60,609 nt of DNA. Origin: an uncultured Planctomycetia bacterium. GTDB taxonomy: Bacteria > Planctomycetota > UBA8108. This document shows, one piece after another, positions 9,965-17,601 of the stretch. The position numbers were made by a program, and so were the translations under genes. Below the pieces are notes generated by a model that was not told the DNA's origin, did not search any database, and saw only the letters and a program-made list of their open reading frames with translations. The DNA is taken from contig CAYMLL010000010.1 of NCBI GenBank assembly GCA_964390645.1, forward strand, positions 1 to 60,609. Direction: 5' to 3'. Positions within the stretch are counted from its first letter, which is position 1. Every line of letters begins with the position of its first letter.

Positions 9965-11878
9965 ATGCCCAGGATCGAGCGATTGCCTCCCGAAGTCGTG
10001 GATCGGATTGCTGCCGGCGAGGTGATCGATCGTCCGGCGAGTGTCGTCAAGGAGCTCGTGGAGAACGCGATCGACGCGAACGCGACCGAGATTCTCGTCG
10101 ATCTCGAGGAGGGCGGCTCGAAACGTCTGACCGTGCGGGACAACGGGTGCGGCATCAGCGCCGAGGACTTGCCGCTCGCGTTCGAGAGCCACGCTACGAG
10201 CAAGCTACGTCCCGAGGATTTCGAGCGCAGCCTCTTCGGTGTTGCGAGCCTCGGTTTCCGTGGCGAGGCTCTGCCGAGTATCGCGTCGGTCGCGGACGTC
10301 GAGATCGTCTCGCAGACCCCTCGCGGCGAGTGTGCGCACCGCCTGCGCATCAACGCCGGCCAGGCTTCGGGCGAGGTCCAGCCAGCTGCGGGCGAGCCGG
10401 GAACGGTGATCGAGGTGCGCGACCTGTTCCACAATGTTCCGGCGCGGCGGAAGTTTCTTCGCAAGGGTAGCACGGAGCTGTCCCACGTCATTCAGAGGAT
10501 CACACGCATCTCGCTCGCGTATCCGTCGATTCGCTTCCTGGTGACGAATCAAGGCCGACGTTCACTCGACCTTCCGGCGAGCGAGGGTCTGCGCGATCGG
10601 TTGCTGCGAGTCGTCGGGCGTGACAAGGGAGGCGAGCTGCTCGAGGTGGGGCTCGAGCCTTCGTCCGACGACGACTCGACTCCGACTCTCCACGGTTATG
10701 TCAGCCCGCCGAAGCTGCGCCGGGGAGACTCCCGCATGCAGCACTTCTTCGTCAACGGCCGCTGGGTGAAGGACCGCCTCTTCACCGCCGCGCTGCGGGC
10801 GGCGTACCAGGGATTTCTGATCCCCGGGAATCACCCCGTCGCTTACATCTTTCTGGAGTTTCCGGACGACGCGGTCGACGTCAACGTCCATCCCCAGAAG
10901 TCCGAGGTTCGCTTTCGCGACCCGGGGTTGCTCTACCCGTTGATCTACGGCGCGGTGCGCCGTGCGCTCGAGGTCCGCGGGGTGGACGACGTGCCGCCGC
11001 GCGCGAGCGTCGAGTCGGACGACCGCCCGAGGGCCGGTGATGTCGATCGTGAGCGTGTCCGTCAGGCCGCGCTGGATTTTCTCTCCAGGCCCGATCGAGA
11101 GCCGGCGCGGCCGTACGCCACTGCTCGGGGGGCCGTGTCGCCGCCGCGTTCCCGCGACACGCCGTCGACGCCCCGTGACGAGTCCATCGAGCCCGTCGCG
11201 CCGGATCGAGCCGACATTGCCGCGTCGGATCGAGCCGATTCCGTCGCGTCGGAGCCGACGGGAGGTCCCCGGCGGGCGTTCCAGATTCTCGACTCGTACA
11301 TCATCGTCGAGTCCGGCGACGGCATCACGATGATCGATCAGCACGCGCTCCACGAGAAGATCCTCTTCGAGGAGATCCATGACCGTCTGCAGAGCGGCGA
11401 GGTTCTGAAGCAGAAGCTGCTGGTGCCGGAGATCGTCTCGCTGCCGGTGCACCAGACGCCGCTGATCGAGCAGGCGTGCGAGTTGCTCGCGGGTTGCGGT
11501 TACGATGTCGAGCCTTTCGGAGGCGGCGACGTGGCGATTCACGCGGTGCCGGAAATCTTCGAGCGCCGCACCGGCTCCTCGAGCGCGACCGAGATCGTCT
11601 GCGACGTGTTTCGTTGGCTCGACGTGGAGGGAGATCGAGCGCGTTCGCCGAACGAAGGCGAGAGCTCCGAGGTCGTCGCCGGGCGTCTGCGGGATCTGGC
11701 GAGCCTGATGGCGTGCAAGCGCGCGGTGAAGGCGGGCGCGCGGTTGAGCGATGACGAGATCGAGGCCCTTCTGGATCGCTCCGATCTCGCGGTCGACCCT
11801 CGGCACTGCCCCCACGGTCGCCCCACCACGGTGCGTCTGACGGCGCGAGAGATCGAGAGGAAGTTCGACAGGAAGTGA
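9965..11878 (+). CDS. mutL: DNA mismatch repair endonuclease MutL
   Basis: IAAGEVIDRPASVVKELVENAIDA, DNGCG, HATSK, LGFRGEAL, VDVNVHPQKSEVRF. C-terminal endonuclease motifs DQHALHE, ACKRAVK and CPHGRP. Confidence 0.97.
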   Translation: MPRIERLPPEVVDRIAAGEVIDRPASVVKELVENAIDANATEILVDLEEGGSKRLTVRDNGCGISAEDLPLAFESHATSKLRPEDFERSLFGVASLGFRGEALPSIASVADVEIVSQTPRGECAHRLRINAGQASGEVQPAAGEPGTVIEVRDLFHNVPARRKFLRKGSTELSHVIQRITRISLAYPSIRFLVTNQGRRSLDLPASEGLRDRLLRVVGRDKGGELLEVGLEPSSDDDSTPTLHGYVSPPKLRRGDSRMQHFFVNGRWVKDRLFTAALRAAYQGFLIPGNHPVAYIFLEFPDDAVDVNVHPQKSEVRFRDPGLLYPLIYGAVRRALEVRGVDDVPPRASVESDDRPRAGDVDRERVRQAALDFLSRPDREPARPYATARGAVSPPRSRDTPSTPRDESIEPVAPDRADIAASDRADSVASEPTGGPRRAFQILDSYIIVESGDGITMIDQHALHEKILFEEIHDRLQSGEVLKQKLLVPEIVSLPVHQTPLIEQACELLAGCGYDVEPFGGGDVAIHAVPEIFERRTGSSSATEIVCDVFRWLDVEGDRARSPNEGESSEVVAGRLRDLASLMACKRAVKAGARLSDDEIEALLDRSDLAVDPRHCPHGRPTTVRLTAREIERKFDRK

Positions 11879-11891
11879 CGGGACCGGTATC

Positions 11892-13187
11892 TTGGCCGCC
11901 GACATGAGCATCTCGAGCCCACCGAGCTTCGAGCATTCGGAGCTCCCTAACGGCGTCCGTCTCGCGACCAACCGCAATCACAAGCTCAAGACGATCCTCG
12001 TCAAGGCGTTCTTCACCGCCGACCTCGACGAAGAGGTGACGTGGCGGGCCCTCGTTCCGATGATTCTCCGTCGCGGCACTCGTACGCTGCCCGACATGCA
12101 GCAGCTCAGCCGTCGTCGCGAGGATCTCTTCGCGTGCAATCTCTACTCGAGCCTCTCCAAGGTCGCCGAGTGGCATGTCGTACGATTCACGCTGGACGTC
12201 GTCAACGAGACCTTCCTTCCCGGCGAGGATGGGGTCCTTCAGGGTGGGCTCGAGCTCATGCGTGACCTCGTCCACGACCCCCTCCTCGAGAACGGCGCTT
12301 TCCGGGCCGACTACGTCGAGCAGGAGAAGGAGAACCTGCGGCTGACGATCGAATCGCTCATCGATGACAAGGGACGCTACGCCGCCGTGCGCTGCGTCGA
12401 GGAGATGTGTCGAGACGAGCCATACCGCCTCGGTGAGAACGGCCGTGTCGAGGATCTTCCCTCGATGGACGCGGAGCGGCTGGCGCGCTTTCAACGAGAG
12501 TGGTCGAGCCGCTCGCCGCTGTCGGTCTATGTCGCCGGCGACATGGATCCCGAGCTCGCCGCGGAGCGTGTCTCCGAGGTGTTCGGTGGAGCGCGCGGTG
12601 AGCCGCGCGAGCTAGCGCCGCTGCCGGACCCTGTCGACGTCGCAGGGGTCCGCGTCATCGAGGAGAAGCTGGACGTCAATCAGGCGAAGCTCGTCCTCGG
12701 GTTCCGTCACGACATCCGGGTGGGAGACCCCGGCGACGAGGCCCTCGTGATGATGAACACCGTTCTCGGCGGCGGCGGAAACTCGCGCGCAAAGCTGTTC
12801 CAGAACGTGCGCGAGAAGGAGAGCATGGCCTACTCTGCCTACTCCTCGGTCGACCGCCTCAAGGGTCTGGCGTCGATCTCCTGCGGCATCGAGATCGACA
12901 AGTACGACAAGGCGCTGAACCTCTGTCTCGAGCAGATCGAGGCCATCCGTCGCGGTGATATCTCGGACGCCGAGCTCGACTCGGCCCGCGAGATGATCCT
13001 CGAGTCGAACCGCATGCTGGAGGATGACTTCTCGACGCTTGCCGAGCTCGACTTCGCGCGATCTCTCTGCGGCCAGTCACTCGATCTCGAGGGCTTCCGC
13101 CGGCGGATACGAGCGGTGACGCGGGATGACGTCGTTGCGGCAGCGGGTCGGCTGAGGCACGACACGACCTACTTCTTGCGGAACTGA
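11892..13187 (+). CDS. M16 family peptidase-like subunit, YmfF-like (no HxxEH, probably non-catalytic)
   Basis: KLKTILVK, ALVPMILRRGT, NQAKLVLGFR, SRAKLFQNVREKESMAYSAYS (M16 C-domain). No Zn-binding HxxEH. Start may be ATG 11904. Confidence 0.85.
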   Translation: MAADMSISSPPSFEHSELPNGVRLATNRNHKLKTILVKAFFTADLDEEVTWRALVPMILRRGTRTLPDMQQLSRRREDLFACNLYSSLSKVAEWHVVRFTLDVVNETFLPGEDGVLQGGLELMRDLVHDPLLENGAFRADYVEQEKENLRLTIESLIDDKGRYAAVRCVEEMCRDEPYRLGENGRVEDLPSMDAERLARFQREWSSRSPLSVYVAGDMDPELAAERVSEVFGGARGEPRELAPLPDPVDVAGVRVIEEKLDVNQAKLVLGFRHDIRVGDPGDEALVMMNTVLGGGGNSRAKLFQNVREKESMAYSAYSSVDRLKGLASISCGIEIDKYDKALNLCLEQIEAIRRGDISDAELDSAREMILESNRMLEDDFSTLAELDFARSLCGQSLDLEGFRRRIRAVTRDDVVAAAGRLRHDTTYFLRN

Positions 13188-13293
13188 TGGGTTTCTCGCG
13201 AGCCGGACAGCGCGTGCCGCTGAGTGCCGTCGTCCGGGCCGGCCTGACTGCAGTCCCGTTTCGCCCGGAACGTCGATGAAGAGCTGACGAACG

Positions 13294-14586
13294 ATGCAGA
13301 ACTCGAGCATGGAACACGTCGAGAGTCCTACTCTGCGTGAGGAGGTCTTTCACCTGCGGCTCCCGTCCGGCCTGACCGTCTCCTTTTGCCCCAAGCGGGG
13401 GTTCCAGAAGAAGTACGCGTGCTATTCCGCGGCCTACGGCTCCGTCGACAACGAGTTCATCGGCGCCGACGGTGAGCGGGTCCGGGTCCCCGACGGTATC
13501 GCCCACTTCCTGGAGCACACGCTGTTCGAGAACGAGGAGGCGAACGTCTCGGACCTCTTCTCGCTGAACGGCGCTTCGAACAACGCGTACACCTCCTTCA
13601 CGCAGACGACCTATCTCTTCTCGTCGAGCGATCACTTCTTCGACAACCTCGGGCTGCTCGTCGACTTCGTCCAGACCCCGGCCTTTCGCGCCGAGAAGGT
13701 CGAGAAGGAGCGTGGCATCATCAAGCAGGAGATCAGCGGTTACGAGGACGATTCGGGTTGGGTCGGCTACATGGGGCTGCTGGAGAACCTCTTCCAGAAG
13801 CACTCGATGCGGATCGACATCGCCGGCACGGTCGAGTCGATCGCCGACATCGATGTCGACACTCTGCAGCGCTGCTACGACCGTTTCTACCATCCATCCA
13901 ACATGCACCTCTTCGTCGCCGGTGACGTCGACCGCGACGAGCTGTTCCAGTTCGTGTCCGGTCGCTCTCGCGTCAAGGACGGCGTCGGCAGGCCGATCGA
14001 GCGCCTCTACCCGTCAGAGCCGGTCGAGGTGGCGAACGTTCAGACGCGGCGCAACATGGACGTCGCGATGCCGAAGCTGCTCGTGGGCTTCAAGCAGACC
14101 GATGTGCCGCGCAGCGGCAGGGAGTTCGTGCTGCGCGAGCTCGTCAGCCAGATGTGTCTGAGCCTGCTCTTCGGGCGCTCCAGCGACGCGTTCCTCGAAC
14201 TCTACGGCAAGCAGCTGATTCTCGACGACTTCTCGGCCGGCTACGACGCCGAGGCCGGCATCGGCTTCGCGATCATCAGCGGCGATACGCCGAGGCCGGA
14301 CGAGCTCCTGGAGGAGATCCTCCGCCATGCGCGGAAGGCGTGCGAGAGCGGGCTCGACGACGCCGACTTCGAGCGTGGAAAACGGAAGTTCATCGGCAGC
14401 TTCATACGGGGCTTCAACTCGCTGGAGTACATCTCCAACAACTACACGTACTACCACTTTCATGACTTCGACCTCTTCGAGACCATCGATATCCTCGCCA
14501 CGGTGCGTCGGGAGATGCTCGAGGAGCGCATGCGCCAGCTGCTTCGCCCCCGGGGCTGCGCCTCCTACGTGATCCTGCCGAGGTAG
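13294..14586 (+). CDS. M16 family zinc peptidase, YmfH-like
   Basis: YGSVDNEF, PDGIAHFLEHTLFE (HxxEH), SNNAYTSFTQTTYLFS, VEKERGIIKQEI, IDIAGTVESI, FYHPSNM. Confidence 0.9.
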   Translation: MQNSSMEHVESPTLREEVFHLRLPSGLTVSFCPKRGFQKKYACYSAAYGSVDNEFIGADGERVRVPDGIAHFLEHTLFENEEANVSDLFSLNGASNNAYTSFTQTTYLFSSSDHFFDNLGLLVDFVQTPAFRAEKVEKERGIIKQEISGYEDDSGWVGYMGLLENLFQKHSMRIDIAGTVESIADIDVDTLQRCYDRFYHPSNMHLFVAGDVDRDELFQFVSGRSRVKDGVGRPIERLYPSEPVEVANVQTRRNMDVAMPKLLVGFKQTDVPRSGREFVLRELVSQMCLSLLFGRSSDAFLELYGKQLILDDFSAGYDAEAGIGFAIISGDTPRPDELLEEILRHARKACESGLDDADFERGKRKFIGSFIRGFNSLEYISNNYTYYHFHDFDLFETIDILATVRREMLEERMRQLLRPRGCASYVILPR

Positions 14587-14622
14587 CCCGTCGCGTGTCG
14601 TAAGTCTTTTTTCCGCTTTTCG

Positions 14623-14651
14623 TTGGCCGCTTCGGTGGGGGATTCTACAAT
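14623..14651 (+). promoter_or_regulatory. Putative sigma70 promoter of the MoxR/vWA operon
   Basis: TTGGCC (14623-14628), a 17-nt spacer, then TACAAT (14646-14651), about 40 nt upstream of ATG 14690. Confidence 0.55.
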
Positions 14652-14689
14652 AACTCCCGATACCGGCACCCAGGATCCGGGCGGCAACG

Positions 14690-16570
14690 ATGGAACACGC
14701 TGATTTCCCCGCTTCCGGGAGTGAGGAACGGCCGCCCACGAGCGGCGGCAATCCCGGCCCGTCGCCCCTGCGGCGCGGAGATGACGGGCGCCGGCTGGTG
14801 GACAGCGAACCGGTGAGCCGGGATCTCCTCTCGTCGTCCCTCGGCTGTGTCCGGCGGCGACTCTTCCTCGGTCGTCTGCTGCGGGCCGCGAGTCTCGACG
14901 CCCTGATCTTCGGGTCCCTCTGGGCGCTGGCACTGGCGGCCGAGCGGGCCTTCTCCTTCGGGATCGACCCGCTGCTCGCCCTGGCGGGTTGCAGTGGGCT
15001 CTGGCTCCTTGTCAGCGTCTCGAGGACCGCCATCTTCGGACGTGTGGACGAGAGAGAGGCGGCGATGGCGACGGACGCCGGTCTCGAGCTCGAGGAGCGT
15101 GTCTCGAGCGCTCTCTATTTGCGCGATCACCCGGGGACGCGTGAGGACAGCGAGTGGAGCGAGCTCGTCTACCGGGACAGCATCCACGTCTTGCGCGACG
15201 CCGACATCCAGCGGCACTTTCCGCTGCGGCTGCCGCGCCTCATCTGGCTGTCGGCGGCACCCCTGCTCGCCGCCACGGCTCTGTGGATCTGGATGCCGGA
15301 CCTCGACCTGCTCGGTTACGACGCCGATCGACAGGCCGACGCCTCGATGCGAACGGATATCGCCGAGGCGAAGAAGGACGTCGTCGACGAGCTGCGCCAG
15401 CTGCAGGCGCAGGCCCGAGACCAGGAGAGCGCAGAGCTCCGGAAGATCATCGAGGAGCTCCGTGAGCAGATGGAGAGGACGGTGTCGCGGAGCTCACCGC
15501 GGGGCGAGCGGGTGGCGCCTTCCGGCGAGTGGGCGAAGAGACGCGCCCTGACGCAGGTCTCCAGGCAGATCGACGGGATCCGCAAGCGGCTCGCGGGCGA
15601 TCGGAGATTCCAGGACGCTCGCAAGGCTCTCGAGCAGACGCGGCGCGCGGGTCGCGACCTCCCGCAGGTCGCCGGGGAGCTCGACGAGCTCCGCAAGCAT
15701 GTGGGGAGACTCGCCGAGAAGAAAGACGGTTCGCCGGAAGGACTCGACGAGAAGGACAGGAAGCGCCTCGATCGGCTGTCCGAGGAGCTCCGGCAGCTGG
15801 CGCGCGGCATGAAGTCTCCACGCGGACTCGGTAGCGCCCTGAGTCAGATCTCCACGGGCCTCAGCGGCAACGACCTCCGGCAAGCGCTCGACGGTCTGCA
15901 GCTGTCGCGCCAGGAGCTCGAGTCGCTGGTCGAGGACCTCGACCGGATGGAGCTGCTCGAGAAGACCCGTCGCGCGCTCGAGAAGGCGCAGCAGAAGCTC
16001 GCGAAGATCAGCAAGCACGAATGCCCGAACTGCGGCAAGTCGCGCTCGCCGGAGCCGGGCCAGAAGCCTGGCGGCACGTGAAAGGGCGGCGCGGGCGGCA
16101 CGTGAAGTGGCGCTGGAAGCGAGGCTGGCGGTCGCCAGCCCGGACAGGGGCTCGGCAAGCTGACGCGGGCACCGGCCGCTGCGCAGGGTCGGGAGGGTGC
16201 TGCGGGTTCGTCGGTCGGCAGCCGGAGCGGACCGCAGGGCGGTCGCGCCACCGGGCAGCGCGGCGTCGGCTCGCGGACGCCTCACGACTTCGAGCTCCGG
16301 AAACCGGGCGCCAGGAGCGGTATGAGCCGGGGTCGGACGGTCGGCGATTTTCGGGTGGAAGGCGAGTCCGAGAAGGGCCAGGTCACGGTGCCGCGCTCAC
16401 CGGAGTTTTCGAGTGTCCTCAGGGACGCATCGGAGCAGGTGGACAGCGAGTCGCTTCCTGTCGAGATGAAGCAGATCGTGGAGCAGTACTACGATTCCCT
16501 TCTGCGAGGCGGTGCGGTCCGGAGCCGTGCGGTCGACGGTGGTGGGGACGGGAACGGAGCGGGGGAATAA
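14690..16570 (+). CDS. Membrane-anchored coiled-coil protein of the MoxR/vWA operon; candidate 626-aa selenoprotein with two in-frame UGA codons (codons 464 and 472)
   Basis: ORFs 14690-16081 and 16322-16570 are in the same frame. The only stops between them are TGA 16079-16081 and TGA 16103-16105, in ECPNCG...GGT*KGGAGGT*SG. The intervening frame is Gly-rich and open to a plausible helical C-terminus (ESLPVEMKQIVEQYYDSL) and TAA, 23 nt before the next gene. N-terminal TM helices and a long coiled coil. Confidence 0.8.
16070..16106 (+). repeat. 13-bp direct repeat GGCGGCACGTGAA, each copy containing one in-frame TGA
   Basis: Copies at 16070-16082 and 16094-16106, a 24-bp (8-codon) period. 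Confidence 0.95.
16094..16114 (+). promoter_or_regulatory. Candidate bacterial SECIS hairpin for the first UGA
   Basis: GGCG-G-CAC [GUGAA] GUG-G-CGCU: 7 pairs with one G.G mismatch. The loop starts with GU, 20 nt after UGA 16079-16081. Confidence 0.45.
16123..16140 (+). promoter_or_regulatory. Candidate bacterial SECIS hairpin for the second UGA
   Basis: GGCUGGC [GGUC] GCCAGCC: perfect 7-bp stem. The GGUC loop starts 24 nt after UGA 16103-16105 and matches the loop core of the E. coli fdhF SECIS. Confidence 0.65.
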
Positions 16571-16593
16571 GAGCCCCCTGCGTCGGTCGAGCA

Positions 16594-17601
16594 GTGAGCA
16601 TCACGGTTCATGCAGCCAGCGCGGCGACGTTGGTCGCCTTCGTCGTCCTCGCCGCGGGCGCCGGGTGCTCGAGGCGGTCCGTCGGCTCACCGGGCCGAGC
16701 TCCGGAGCTGATCGTCGGCTCCGTGGGTCGTGACCTCGGACGGTTCGAGTTTCCGCGCGCGATCACCGTCGACTCGCTTCGCGGGCGCTTCTGGGTCGTC
16801 GATCGGGCCGGCCGCATCCAGCTCTTCGACACGCGAGGTACCGCCGTCCGGGTGTGGGAAGTTCCCCGGACGGAGAACGGCGCGCCGGTGGGCCTTCACG
16901 TCGATCGCGACGGCACGCTTCTGGTCATGGACAGTCACTACCAGCGGGTTCTTCGCTATCCGCCCGAGGGTGGCGCGATTCTCGGCCGGTTCGGGACCAG
17001 CGGCAAGGGACCCGGGCAGTTCACGTTCGGACGGGACGTGGTCTGCGACCGCGAGGGGCACATCTACGCGGGAGATTACGGCGGCGACAACGATCGCATC
17101 CAGAAGTTCACGTCCGACGGCGGCTTCGTCCGTGAATGGGGTAGCCAGGGCGCGGGGCCCGGACAGTTCAACAAGATCCAGGGCATGACGATCGAGAGGG
17201 CCGAGGGCAGGGAGCTCATCCTCGTTGCAGATCAGTGCAACCATCGCGTGCAGCGTTTCGACCTCGACGGCAACTTCGTCGCCAGCTTCGGGACGCTCGG
17301 CACCGACCCGGGCCAGCTGCGCTTCCCGTCCGGCGTCGCGGTCGACGCTGACGGAGGGATCTACGTCAGTGAATGGGGCAACAACCGCGTGCAGAAGTTC
17401 GACCGCGACGGCAGCTCTCTCGGCATCTGGGGCGGCCCGGGGGAAGGCCCCGGAGAGCTGAAGACACCGTGGGACGTCGAGGTCGGCGCCGACGGCCGCA
17501 TCTACGTCGTCGATTACGGCAACCACCGCGTGCAGGTGTTTCGATGGGGTGACACGGCCGGCGCGAGCCAGGTGGTGACAGGCGGAGGCGATCAGCGATG
17601 A
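16594..17601 (+). CDS. NHL-repeat beta-propeller protein, probably a lipoprotein or exported
   Basis: Repeated NHL units (GRFEFPRAITVD, GPGQFTFGRDV, GQFNKIQGM, GQLRFPSGVAVD, GELKTPWDVEV, NHRVQVF). Hydrophobic N-terminus ending AGAGC. True start is probably GTG 16594; the track's 16021 extension overlaps the upstream gene. Confidence 0.88.
   Translation: MSITVHAASAATLVAFVVLAAGAGCSRRSVGSPGRAPELIVGSVGRDLGRFEFPRAITVDSLRGRFWVVDRAGRIQLFDTRGTAVRVWEVPRTENGAPVGLHVDRDGTLLVMDSHYQRVLRYPPEGGAILGRFGTSGKGPGQFTFGRDVVCDREGHIYAGDYGGDNDRIQKFTSDGGFVREWGSQGAGPGQFNKIQGMTIERAEGRELILVADQCNHRVQRFDLDGNFVASFGTLGTDPGQLRFPSGVAVDADGGIYVSEWGNNRVQKFDRDGSSLGIWGGPGEGPGELKTPWDVEVGADGRIYVVDYGNHRVQVFRWGDTAGASQVVTGGGDQR

Noticed and set aside
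14690-16570. Genome-wide UGA=Trp/Gly recoding as the explanation for the in-frame TGAs
   Set aside because: Many genes here end at TGA exactly at their expected C-termini (metK, nadD, ald, mutL, folD), and Trp is encoded by TGG.
16021-16593. N-terminal 191 aa of the track's 526-aa NHL ORF
   Set aside because: It is Arg-rich shadow sequence overlapping the read-through frame of the upstream gene. The signal peptide and NHL repeats begin at GTG 16594.
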